Notes: generated from the letters alone by a model not told the origin. DNA of 64,000 bases from an uncultured Dehalococcoidia bacterium (GCA_958295715.1 OY282371.1:1406267-1470266); one strand, 5' to 3'; shown: positions 36,083 to 44,930, numbered from the stretch's first letter. Translations and numbers: made by a program.

Positions 36083-37190
36083 TTGCAGGAACTGAGGCAT
36101 CAACTCCAAGAGATGACCCTTAAGGTCGGCCGGGTGCTCTCCCGCCTTTGACGTCTCAGCCAAGGAACGGGAGATAGCGAAAATCGAAAAGGAGGCCTAT
36201 GAGCAGGCCTTCTGGGACGACCCCCAGTCCGCTCAGGCCCAAATGCGCCGCCTGTCGCGCCTCAAGGAGACGGTCGGCGTCTGGCGCGGCATGGAGGAGC
36301 AGGGCGCCGCCCTTCTGGAACTGGTGGACATGTCCTTGGCGGAACAGGACGACTCCCTGGCCCATCAGCTGGCCGACGAGACCCACGCCTTCTTCACGGC
36401 CTTGGAGGAGAAGGAGGTGGAGATAACCCTATCAGGCCCCTACGACGACCGCCCGGCCATCCTATCGATACAGTCGGGGGCGGGGGGCGTCGACTCCCAG
36501 GACTGGTCCCGGATGCTCCTCCGCATGTATTTGCGATGGGCCGAGCGCCACGGCTGCCACGCCCAGGTCCTTGACCTGTCCGAGGGGGAGGAGGCCGGCA
36601 TTAAGAGCGCGGCCCTTGAGATAGACGGCAGTCTGCCCTTTGGCTATCTCAAGGCTGAAAAGGGCGTGCACCGGCTGGTGCGCCTCTCCCCCTTCAACAG
36701 CGACCACCTCCGGCATACCTCATTCGCCCACGTGGAGGTGCTGCCGGCCGCCGGTGAGGAGGACGCCGAGGTGGACATACGCCCCGAGGACCTGAAGATA
36801 GACTTCTTCCGCTCCAGCGGCCCCGGGGGGCAGAACGTGCAGAAGGTGTCATCCGCCGTGCGGCTCACCCACCTGCCCACCGGCCTGGTGGTTTCCTGCC
36901 AAACGGAGCGCTCCCAACGCCAGAACCGGGAAAACGCAGCCACCATCCTGAAGGCGCGGCTCCTCCAGTTGCGTATGGAGGAGCGGGCCAAGGAGTTGGC
37001 GGAGTTGCGGGGCGAGCGCGCCCCCGCCGAGTGGGGCAGTCAGATTAGAAGTTACGTGCTTCACCCCTACAAGCTGGTGAAGGACCACCGCAGCGAGTTC
37101 CAGGTATCCGACGCCGACGCCGTGCTGGACGGCGACATCGACGACTTTCTCAAGGCGTATCTGCTGGCGACGGTGGCCGAACAGCCGTGA
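36083..37190 (+). CDS. prfB: peptide chain release factor 2 (join 36083..36148, 36150..37190; programmed +1 frameshift)
   Basis: TTG start 5 nt after AGGGAGG. 22-codon ORF0 ends CTT TGA C (36146-36152). The +1 frame continues DVSAKEREIAKIE... and contains SPF and GGQ motifs. Combined length about 368 aa. Confidence 0.9.
36146..36152 (+). promoter_or_regulatory. prfB +1 frameshift site CUU UGA C
   Basis: In-frame UGA at 36149-36151 after the Leu CTT codon. The downstream ORF is in the +1 frame (36150). Confidence 0.85.
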
Positions 37191-37191
37191 A

Positions 37192-37219
37192 GGGCGCCTA
37201 GGCGCCCCTTTAGTTTTGA
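37192..37219 (+). terminator. intrinsic-terminator-like hairpin after prfB (also a copy of repeat module B)
   Basis: GGGCGCC-TA-GGCGCCC starts 2 nt after the TGA and is followed by CTTTAGTTTTGA. Confidence 0.6.
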
Positions 37220-38110
37220 CGAGCGCCGGCCCTGCGTTAGGGGATGGATTCCCGCCCCTCCTTTCCGTCATTCCCGTGAAAACGGGAATCCAGGAACCCT
37301 ACACAGCAGAACCAACGCCCCAAACCCCGGCGTCGACCCGTCGGTTGCGCCCTCAACGCGGGTCTTGGCCGTAACGGGACTAGCGCTTACCGGCGATTTG
37401 CGCTGTTGCCCTAGTCTAATATAGGGAGGAAAGATGGATTCCCGCCTGCGCGGGAATGACGGAGTGGGGCAGGCGGGAAGGGCGCGGGTGCCCGCTTAAG
37501 TTTTGAAGAGGGCTGTTCCTGCGTTTGGGGGCTTCCTGGATTCCCGTTTTCACGGGAATGACGGATAAGAGGGCGGGAATGGCGATTGCGCTAGAGTCTT
37601 GCCAAGGGAGGCGTGGCCTCCCGCTTGCCTGCTAAGGGGCCGCCAAAGCGTTTACCCTTTCCCGTCATTCCCGCGCAGGCGGGAATCCATCTTCCTTACC
37701 GCTGCTGCGACGCCTTGGAGCCACGCGTTGGCCGCCCTCCGGCCATTGCCCGCCCCTCCCCTTTTCCGTCATTCCCGCGCAGGCGGGAATCCAGGAAGGT
37801 TTCGACTCAAAACCGGCGCCCCGAATTCCGGCCTCGCCCGTAGAGGCGGTTCCGGCGCACACGCCCCCTCGTGGACGCTGCCGTCCTTGTCCCCTTGACG
37901 AAATGGGGGCATTCAGGGTCTTGGCCGTAAGGCCCCGGCCCTTACCTGCGCGGCGCGGCCCTGTCGCAACCAAGTAAGGAAGATGGATTCCCGCCTGCGC
38001 GGGAATGACGGAGGGAGGGGAGCGGGAATGACGAAGTGGGGCAGGCGGGAAGGGCGCGTGGGGGAGCGGGAATGACGTGGGGGGTAGGCGCGGCCTCGCG
38101 CCGGGGGAGC
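37220..38110. repeat. largest REP/NIME-like mosaic cluster
   Basis: REP units at 37267-37291 (variant GTCATTCCCGTGAAAACGGGAATCC), 37436-37460 rev, 37528-37552 rev variant, 37664-37688 fwd, 37768-37792 fwd and 37985-38009 rev. Partial composite at 37469-37530. Module C at 37813-37926. Half-unit run at 38000-38080. Confidence 0.9.
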
Positions 38111-38116
38111 CGGGGC

Positions 38117-39322
38117 CTACTCCGGGTGGATGATGTGGCCCAGCTTTTCGCGTTTCGCCTTCAGGTACTTTTCGTTATCCTTGGTGGCCTTCACCTCAAT
38201 GGGTATCCGCTCCACCACCTCCAGGCCAAAGCCGCTAAGCTCTGTAATCTTCTGCGGGTTGTTGGTCAGGAGCCGCATACGGCCCACGCCCAAGTCCACC
38301 AGAATCTGCGCCCCGGCGCTGTAGTTCCGCAGGTCCGGCTCGAACCCCAACTCCTCGTTGGCCTCAACGGTGTCCAACCCGTCATCCTGCAAGTGATATG
38401 AGCGTATCTTGTTGTGAAGCCCAATGCCCCGCCCCTCCTGCCGCATGTACAGGAAGGCGCCCTTGCCCTCCGACGCGATGGCCTTCAGGGCCTGTTCCAC
38501 CTGCTCGCCGCAGTCGCACCGGACGCTGCGGAAGATGTCCCCCGTGAAGCACTGGCTGTGTATGCGCACCAGGATAGCCTCGTCCGGCCTCCACTCGCCC
38601 AAGGTCAGGGCCATGTGCTGCTCCTGCTCAAAGGCGCTCTTGTAGCCGTACACCGTGAACTCGCCGTACCTGGTTGGAAGCCGGGCCTCGCCCACCCTCT
38701 GAGCCAGCTTCTCCGTCCGTCTCCTGTAGGCTATCAGTTGAGCTATGGAGATGATCTTTATGCCGTGCTCGCTGGAGAAGGACTCCAAGTCCTCTATCCG
38801 CGCCATAGCCCCGTCCGGCTTCATTATCTCGCACACCACGGCGGCGGGACTCATGCCGGCCATCTTGGCCAAGTCCACGCTGGCCTCCGTGTGACCGGGG
38901 CGCGCCAGCACCCCGCCCTCCCTGTACCGCAGGGGGAAGGTGTGGCCCGGCTGGGCGAAGTCCTTGGGGCTGCTGCCGGGGTCTATCACCGCCTTAACCG
39001 TGGCCGCCCTGTCGTAGGCCGATATGCCGGTGCTGGTGTCCTTCATGTAGTCGATGGACATGGCGTAGGCGGTGCCGTGCATACTGCGCTCGCTGGCCTC
39101 CCCCATCATGGGGATGTTCAGCCGCTCTAGGTACTCGGCGGTGACCGGCATACAGGGCAGGCCGCGGGCGTGTTTCGTCATAAAGTTGATGGCTTCCGGG
39201 GTCACCGCGTCGGCGGCTATGCAGATGTCGCCCTCGTTCTCCCGCTTGGCGTCGTCAACGACTATAAGGAACTTACCCTCCTTGTAGTCCTTAAGGGCCT
39301 CTTCTATCGTCGCCAGAGCCAT
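38117..39322 (-). CDS. ribBA: bifunctional DHBP synthase / GTP cyclohydrolase II
   Basis: 401 aa. Both domains are recognisable (DDAKRENEGD..; HSQCFTGDIFRSVRCDCG). Confidence 0.95.
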   Translation of the reverse strand: MALATIEEALKDYKEGKFLIVVDDAKRENEGDICIAADAVTPEAINFMTKHARGLPCMPVTAEYLERLNIPMMGEASERSMHGTAYAMSIDYMKDTSTGISAYDRAATVKAVIDPGSSPKDFAQPGHTFPLRYREGGVLARPGHTEASVDLAKMAGMSPAAVVCEIMKPDGAMARIEDLESFSSEHGIKIISIAQLIAYRRRTEKLAQRVGEARLPTRYGEFTVYGYKSAFEQEQHMALTLGEWRPDEAILVRIHSQCFTGDIFRSVRCDCGEQVEQALKAIASEGKGAFLYMRQEGRGIGLHNKIRSYHLQDDGLDTVEANEELGFEPDLRNYSAGAQILVDLGVGRMRLLTNNPQKITELSGFGLEVVERIPIEVKATKDNEKYLKAKREKLGHIIHPE

Positions 39323-39325
39323 GAC

Positions 39326-39931
39326 TTATTCCGGGATCCCGGCTTCCCCTTGTCGCTGAAAGGGCAACAGACTTTCCACGTACTTGGCCAGAATGTCCAC
39401 CTCCAAGTTCACCAAGTCGCCCGCCCGATGCTCCTTTAGGTTGGTGTTTTCAAGGGTATATGGTATCACAGAGATGGTGAAAGAGGAACTGAAGGCCTTT
39501 ACCACAGTTAGGCTAATTCCCTCCACCGCCACGAACCCCTTCTCGACGATGTAGCGCATCAACTCCGTGGGGGCCTCGACCCGCGTCATCCCCCCCGACC
39601 CTTCCGGGTTCACCGCCCCGATGCGCCCGACGGCGTCCACGTGGCCCTGAACGACGTGTCCTCCCAGCCTGCCGTTGGCCGCCAAAGCCCGCTCAAGATT
39701 CACGGCGGCGCCGTCCTTCAGACCGCCCAAGTTGGAGCGTTGCAGGGTTTCGGGGGCCAGGTCCACCTCAAAGCCCCAGGGATGCAGGGCGACGGCGGTT
39801 AGACACGCCCCGTTAACCGATATGCTATCCCCGGCGGACAGGTCATCCATCACCCGCTCGGCCCGTACCCGGAGCCTGCCGGCCTCCGGGGAGTCCACTC
39901 TTCCCACCTCTTCTACTATGCCCGTAAACAC
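39326..39931 (-). CDS. ribE: riboflavin synthase
   Basis: 201 aa. MFTGIVEEVG start, duplicated lumazine-binding repeats (SISVNGACLT / GISLTV). Confidence 0.9.
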   Translation of the reverse strand: MFTGIVEEVGRVDSPEAGRLRVRAERVMDDLSAGDSISVNGACLTAVALHPWGFEVDLAPETLQRSNLGGLKDGAAVNLERALAANGRLGGHVVQGHVDAVGRIGAVNPEGSGGMTRVEAPTELMRYIVEKGFVAVEGISLTVVKAFSSSFTISVIPYTLENTNLKEHRAGDLVNLEVDILAKYVESLLPFQRQGEAGIPE

Positions 39932-39932
39932 G

Positions 39933-41024
39933 TTAGCTCCTCGTTTCAGGATACCCCTTCACCAGCAGGTCCCGCCCTATGCGCTCGACCTGGACCCGCT
40001 CCAGGGCCACCGTCGCCGGCAGATGCGCCGCGCCGCGACCCTCCACAGGCGATGGCGCGTCTCTGCCTCCTATGATAACAGGGGCGATGAAGGCCAGGGC
40101 CCTATCCACGAGGCCATGGTCGAAGAGGGAACCAAGCAGGGCGCCGCCGCCCTCCGCCAGGAGACTGACCACGCCCCGCCCGCCCAACTCTCGCAGCAGC
40201 GACTCCAGGTCCACGCAGCCGTCCCTCTGTGGGAGCGACAAGACCTTTGCCCCGGCCTTTTCCAGCCGCTCCGACGCCTGCCGGGAGGCCCCGGCGGTGG
40301 CGATGAGGGTCTTTCCCGGCTCCGATAGCATCTTGGCGGTGGAGGGAGTCCGGCCCTCGCTGTCCACCACCACCCTCAGAGGCTGGCGCGCGGCGGCCCG
40401 CCCGTCGTCGCCCCGGGCCGTAAGCCTGGGGTCGTCCCTGAGGGCCGTGTTGATGCCCACCATCACGGCGTCCGAGGCCCTGCGCCATTGATGGGCCACG
40501 CCCCGGGCCGCCTCGCCGGTTATCCACTGGGAATGCCCCGTCCGCGTGGCTATCTTGCCGTCCAGACTGACGGCGAACTTCGCGGTGACGAAGGGAATGC
40601 CCTTGTTGACGTGCTTGGCGAAGGGCGCGTACAACTCCTTGGCCTCCTCCCCCCCCTCACCCAACCGCGTCTCGACGCCCGCCGCTCGCAGGGCCGCCAT
40701 GCCCCTGCCCATAACCCGGGGGTTGGGGTCGATGGCGGCCACCCGCGCCTCCCGGACCCCCGCCGCGATGATGGCCTCGACGCAAGGCGGGGTTAGCCCG
40801 TGGACGCAGCACGGCTCCAGGGTCACGTAGAGGGTGGAACCCCGGGTCTCCTCGCCGGCCTGTCGCAGGGCCACTATCTCGGCGTGGTCCTGTCCCGGCG
40901 GCTGGGTGGCCCCCTCGCCCGCGACACGCCCGTCCTTCACCACCACCGCTCCCACGGGAGGATTGGGACTGGTTCCACCCTCAACCTCCCTGGCGAGGGC
41001 CAAGGCGTGACTCATGGGATTCAT
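39933..41024 (-). CDS. ribD: bifunctional pyrimidine deaminase / uracil reductase
   Basis: 363 aa. CMP/dCMP deaminase HAEI..PCxxC (TLEPCCVHGLTPPC) plus the reductase domain. Confidence 0.9.
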   Translation of the reverse strand: MNPMSHALALAREVEGGTSPNPPVGAVVVKDGRVAGEGATQPPGQDHAEIVALRQAGEETRGSTLYVTLEPCCVHGLTPPCVEAIIAAGVREARVAAIDPNPRVMGRGMAALRAAGVETRLGEGGEEAKELYAPFAKHVNKGIPFVTAKFAVSLDGKIATRTGHSQWITGEAARGVAHQWRRASDAVMVGINTALRDDPRLTARGDDGRAAARQPLRVVVDSEGRTPSTAKMLSEPGKTLIATAGASRQASERLEKAGAKVLSLPQRDGCVDLESLLRELGGRGVVSLLAEGGGALLGSLFDHGLVDRALAFIAPVIIGGRDAPSPVEGRGAAHLPATVALERVQVERIGRDLLVKGYPETRS

Positions 41025-41585
41025 CTAAAAGTTCTTGTAGTAGCGGCTCGCCGTCGGCCCCGTTTGGCCCTGGTACTTGCTCCCCAACGAGGTTGACCCG
41101 TAGAGCCGCTCTGCCGGGGTGGTCAGGTTGAGGAAGGATATCTGCCCGATTTTCATGCCCCGGTACAGGACTATGGGGAGCCGCGCAATGTTGGTCAACT
41201 CCAGGGTCAGGCGTCCCTTCCACCCGGGGTCGACGTAGCCCGCCGTGGAGTGAATGACCAGCCCCACCCTGCCCAGGGAGCTCTTCCCCTCCAGCCGGGC
41301 CACCAGGTCGTCTGGCACCTCGATATGCTCCACCGTGCCGGCCAGCACAAACTCGCCGGGATGCAGCGTCAACCCGCCGTCCTCCTCTATCTCCACCAAC
41401 TCCGTCAGGTCGTCGGTCCGGTCCCGCAGGTCGATGTAGGGCCTCCGGGCGTTGCGGAACACCAGGACTCGGTGGTCGAGGCGCACGTCCACGCTGGCGG
41501 GCTGAATGTCCTGCTCGTCCAGGGGGTCAATGACGATGCGCCCCTTGGAAATCTGCTCCTTGATGGTCCGGTCGCTCAGAACCAC
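41025..41585 (-). CDS. dcd: dCTP deaminase
   Basis: Start set at GTG 41585 (MVLSDRTIKE) after a GGAGGG RBS. Body has GKSSLGRVGL and the VDPGWKG pattern. The 5' 96 nt of the track ORF (containing the G17 run) are rejected. Confidence 0.85.
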   Translation of the reverse strand: MVLSDRTIKEQISKGRIVIDPLDEQDIQPASVDVRLDHRVLVFRNARRPYIDLRDRTDDLTELVEIEEDGGLTLHPGEFVLAGTVEHIEVPDDLVARLEGKSSLGRVGLVIHSTAGYVDPGWKGRLTLELTNIARLPIVLYRGMKIGQISFLNLTTPAERLYGSTSLGSKYQGQTGPTASRYYKNF

Positions 41586-41633
41586 CGCGTCTCCCTCCGT
41601 AACCCGTGATACGGCTTCAGGGGCCGGACGCCG

Positions 41634-41650
41634 CCCCCCCCCCCCCCCCC
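41634..41650 (-). repeat. G17 homopolymer (C17 on + strand) in the dcd-rib leader
   Basis: 17 consecutive C at 41634-41650, 48-65 nt upstream of the dcd GTG. Confidence 0.95.
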
Positions 41651-41693
41651 GCTCCACTCCCCCGACCGGCGACTGCCCCAAAGCGTTCTAGAG

Positions 41694-41722
41694 ATTGTAT
41701 CAGCAGCCCCCCGCCGCCACAA
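41694..41722 (-). promoter_or_regulatory. candidate promoter TTGTGG-17-TACAAT for dcd-ribD-ribE-ribBA
   Basis: Minus-strand hexamers at 41722-41717 and 41699-41694. This would place the G17 run inside the 5' UTR. Confidence 0.3.
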
Positions 41723-41914
41723 CACGGCCCCCGGCCCCGCGGCGTTGCCCTCTCCTACTCCTTTCCCATCACTCCTGCCTTCTGTTCGTCATTCCCCCTC
41801 CCCCCTCGTCGCGCCGGGCCAACCGCACTAGGGCGCGCCCACCCATATGACACCCGCCGGTAGGTCAGAGCCGAGGCGTGGTCTATGGGGTCTGTTCTAC
41901 GACGTGGCCTTCCT

Positions 41915-42025
41915 GGATTCCCGCCTACGCGGGAATGACGGAAGGGAGGGGGCGGGAATGCGGAGGGGTGGGGGCGGGAATGACGGAGGGGAGGGGGCGG
42001 GAATGCGGAGGGGAGAGGGGGGATG
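41915..42025. repeat. reverse REP plus about 4 tandem GGGGCGGGAATG(A/C)GGAGGGG half-units
   Basis: GGATTCCCGCCTACGCGGGAATGACGG at 41915-41941, followed by about 30-bp periodic half-units up to about 42025. Confidence 0.8.
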
Positions 42026-42155
42026 GTGGCGTGGCAGGGACGACGGCGGGGCAAGGGGAACAGCGGCGGGAGGGGAGGGGGCTGGCGGCGTGGCTTGGGG
42101 GATGGATGGCATGTATAGTAGTGTGCTGCCACGGAACGCCGGATGGACGGAGGCC

Positions 42156-43031
42156 ATGGGAGAGTTGACCCCCCTAATAGCCCTGGGGCTGGTGGCTTTG
42201 GGCATTGGAGCCAGCAGCTACGGCGTCCTCATCGGCTCCGGCGGCGGGTTCATCGTCGCGCCGCTGCTCATCATCCTATTCGGGGTGGACTACAACGTCG
42301 CGGTGGGAACGAGTCTGTTCACTGTGGCCCTGGCCTCCATCTCCGGCTCCGTGTCGTATCTGTACCTCCGGCGGGTGGACCTGCGGTCGGGGCTGCTGTT
42401 CAGCGCGGCGGCCGTCCCGGGGGCCGTGCTGGGCATCTTCGGGCTGAAGCTGGTGGCGGAGGGTTCCTTCGAGATACTCTTCGGGGCCTTCCTGTCGCTG
42501 CTGGGCTTCTACGTGGCCTTCCGTCCTGAGAGCGCGCGAAAGGGCATTGTGAAGACGACTCATAAGGAGGAGGGCGGCCACAGGTTCTCGGCGCCCAGGC
42601 GGTTCCAGGCCTTTGGAGTCACCAGACGAAGGATTTACACGTCGGACGTGGGCACCTACCGGTACCAGTACAACGAGCCGGGGGCGGTGGCCACCAACGG
42701 GTTGTTCGGGTTCCTATCCAGCTTCTTCGGCATGGGCGGCGGCCCCATACGCACGCCCACGCTGGTCTACCTGTTCCGGTTCCCGGTGCTGGTGGCCACC
42801 GCCACGTCGGTGTTCACCCAGGCCATCTACACCACCATCGGGACGGCGGGCCACCTGATAGACGGCAACGTAGACATAGTCAGGGCCCTGCTGGTGGGCG
42901 TGGGCGTCGTGGCCGGGGCCCAGGTTGGAGTGCATCTGTCGGGACTGTTCAGAAGCGCCTGGATCATGCGGCTGCTGTCCCTGGGCCTTCTGGGGATAGG
43001 AATCCAGCTAATACTGAAGGGCGCGTTCTAG
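42156..43031 (+). CDS. TauE/SafE family sulfite exporter-like membrane protein
   Basis: Start chosen at MGELTPLIALG (an alternative ATG at 42102 exists). Multiple TM helices with a GSGGGFIVAPLL motif. The upstream part of the track ORF is repeat translation. Confidence 0.75.
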   Translation: MGELTPLIALGLVALGIGASSYGVLIGSGGGFIVAPLLIILFGVDYNVAVGTSLFTVALASISGSVSYLYLRRVDLRSGLLFSAAAVPGAVLGIFGLKLVAEGSFEILFGAFLSLLGFYVAFRPESARKGIVKTTHKEEGGHRFSAPRRFQAFGVTRRRIYTSDVGTYRYQYNEPGAVATNGLFGFLSSFFGMGGGPIRTPTLVYLFRFPVLVATATSVFTQAIYTTIGTAGHLIDGNVDIVRALLVGVGVVAGAQVGVHLSGLFRSAWIMRLLSLGLLGIGIQLILKGAF

Positions 43032-43110
43032 GATGGACGGCAGGAGTTCCTGAACAGGGGCTAACCCGCCAGCGAGGCGGCAAGGGCGTTCAGTAAGACG
43101 CGGGTCGAGG

Positions 43111-43386
43111 TTAGCCGCCGGCGACGGCGGGAACGATGCTTATCTCGTCGCCGGACTGGGTGGAGGTGTCCACCCCCTGGAGAAACCGGACGTCCTCACC
43201 GTTGAGGTAGATGTTGACGAAGTAACGCAGCCCTCCGGCTTCATCCAGCAGACGCTCCTTGAATCCGGGGTAGTCGGCCTCCATGCGCTCGATGAACTCG
43301 GCGATGGTTGAGGCGTCTACCTCCACCTTGTCCTGATTGTTGGTCAGGCGCCTTAGGGGGGTGGGGACTCGCACAAGAACTGCCAT
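43111..43386 (-). CDS. ThiS/MoaD-family sulfur-carrier protein (C-terminal GG)
   Basis: 91 aa ending ..ISIVPAVAGG. Confidence 0.8.
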   Translation of the reverse strand: MAVLVRVPTPLRRLTNNQDKVEVDASTIAEFIERMEADYPGFKERLLDEAGGLRYFVNIYLNGEDVRFLQGVDTSTQSGDEISIVPAVAGG

Positions 43387-43437
43387 GGGACGGTTACCTC
43401 CTTGAATGAACGGGCTTGAATGAACGGGATGCGTGAA

Positions 43438-43680
43438 TCAGCCTTCTATAACGTCTCCTGAGATGGGGTCCACCCTAACGCCTACGGACTTCACCCAGGC
43501 GACGCCCTGCCGGATCTCCTGGTCGTCGCCTTCCAACTCCAGGATGACCCAACCCATCTCCTCGCGAACGTCGGCGCGCCGGATGTTGGTCACGAGGTTG
43601 AACCTCTGGCCGAGGTTGTAGATGATGGGCTGGGGAACCAGCGCGGCGGGAAAGGTGAACTTGACCCTCTGATTAGCCAT
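43438..43680 (-). CDS. NIL-domain protein
   Basis: 80 aa from ATG 43680 (MANQRVKFTFPAALVPQPIIYNLGQRFNLVTNIRRADV..). The rest of the 252-aa track ORF overlaps the thrC-like gene and is rejected. Confidence 0.7.
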   Translation of the reverse strand: MANQRVKFTFPAALVPQPIIYNLGQRFNLVTNIRRADVREEMGWVILELEGDDQEIRQGVAWVKSVGVRVDPISGDVIEG

Positions 43681-43685
43681 ATCGT

Positions 43686-44930
43686 TTACCTCGCCGAGGG
43701 TGAAAGGCCGTGGAGGGCCTCTTCGAACTCTCTCATGTTGGGCCTGATGGCGAGGGGATGGACCACGTCTCCCACCACCTCCTGAGTCTTTAGGCCGTTG
43801 CCGGTGATGTAGGCCACGGTCAACTCGTCCCTGCCGATGGCCCCCCTCTCCGTCAACCCCTTCAGGGCCGATATTACCACACCGCCCGCCGTTTCGGTAA
43901 ATATGCCCTCGGTTTCGGCAAGGAGCTTCATGCCCTGGGCCACCTCTTCTTCGTGGACGCCGTGGGCGCCGCCGCCGGAACTCGTCATGGCCCGAATGGC
44001 GTAGATGCCGTCGGCCGGGTTGCCGATGGCCAGGGACTTGGCCACGGAGTTGGGGCGCACGGGCATGACCATCTCCTCGCCGGCGTTGAAGGCGTCCACC
44101 ACCGGGGAGCAGCCTCGGGCCTGGGCGGCGTGCATCCGGGTGGGAACGGGGCCTTCCATCAGCCCAACGGAGACCATCTCGTTGAACCCCTTCCATATCT
44201 TGGAGAGCAGGGCGCCGGAGGCGACGGGGACGATGGCGTGGTCGGGGAAGCGCCAGCCCAGCTGCTCGGCGACCTCCAAGCCCAAGGTCTTGCTGCCCTC
44301 GGCGTAGAAGGGGCGCATGTTTATGTTAACGAAGGCCCACCGGTAGCTGTCGGCTATCTCGCTGCAAAGGCGGTTCACCTCGTCGTAGCCGCCCTGAACG
44401 GCGACGAGGGTGGAGCCGTAAATGGCGGCGCCGATTATCTTGCCGGCCTCCAGGTCCGCCGGCATGAAGACCACGGACCGCATACCCGCGCGGGCGGCGT
44501 GGGCCCCAACGGCGCAGGCCAGGTTGCCGGTGGAGGCGCAGCTGAGGGTGTCGAAGCCGAACTCCAGGGCCTTGGTGGCCGCCACGGATACGACCCTGTC
44601 TTTGAAGGAAAATGAGGGGTTTACGCTGTCGTTCTTCAGGTAGAGGTTATCCAGGCCCAGAACTCTGCCAAGGTTGTTGGCCTTGATTAGGGGGGTGAAG
44701 CCCGCGTGGATGTCTATGGCGTTCTCGGCGTCCACGGGGAGAAGGTCCCGGTAGCGCCATATGGTGAGGGGGCCGTTGGCGATGCGGCGGCGGCTGGTCG
44801 CTCTGGCGATGGCCTCGTAGTCGTAGGCCGTCTCCAAGGGGCCAAAGCAGAAGTCGCAGACGTTCAGAGGCTCAACGGGATATTCCCGAGCGCATTCTCT
44901 GCATCGTAGGCACGTTACGAAAGGCGCCAT
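43686..44930 (-). CDS. threonine-synthase-like PLP enzyme with N-terminal Cys4 zinc ribbon
   Basis: 414 aa. CLRCRECAREY..CDFC ribbon, PLP Lys region NPSFSFKDR, fold-type II PLP body. Confidence 0.8.
   Translation of the reverse strand: MAPFVTCLRCRECAREYPVEPLNVCDFCFGPLETAYDYEAIARATSRRRIANGPLTIWRYRDLLPVDAENAIDIHAGFTPLIKANNLGRVLGLDNLYLKNDSVNPSFSFKDRVVSVAATKALEFGFDTLSCASTGNLACAVGAHAARAGMRSVVFMPADLEAGKIIGAAIYGSTLVAVQGGYDEVNRLCSEIADSYRWAFVNINMRPFYAEGSKTLGLEVAEQLGWRFPDHAIVPVASGALLSKIWKGFNEMVSVGLMEGPVPTRMHAAQARGCSPVVDAFNAGEEMVMPVRPNSVAKSLAIGNPADGIYAIRAMTSSGGGAHGVHEEEVAQGMKLLAETEGIFTETAGGVVISALKGLTERGAIGRDELTVAYITGNGLKTQEVVGDVVHPLAIRPNMREFEEALHGLSPSAR

Noticed and set aside
41025-41760. FMN riboswitch (RFN element) expected upstream of riboflavin genes.
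   Set aside because: ribD abuts dcd with no intergenic space. The leader upstream of dcd shows none of the conserved RFN segments that I can recall. ribH (17654-18196) is internal to another gene string. An Infernal scan is still needed.
43681-44196. Upstream 172 codons of ORF 43438-44196.
   Set aside because: It overlaps the thrC-like gene in another frame and is Arg/Gly/Pro-rich. Only the last 80 codons (NIL domain, ATG 43680) look real.
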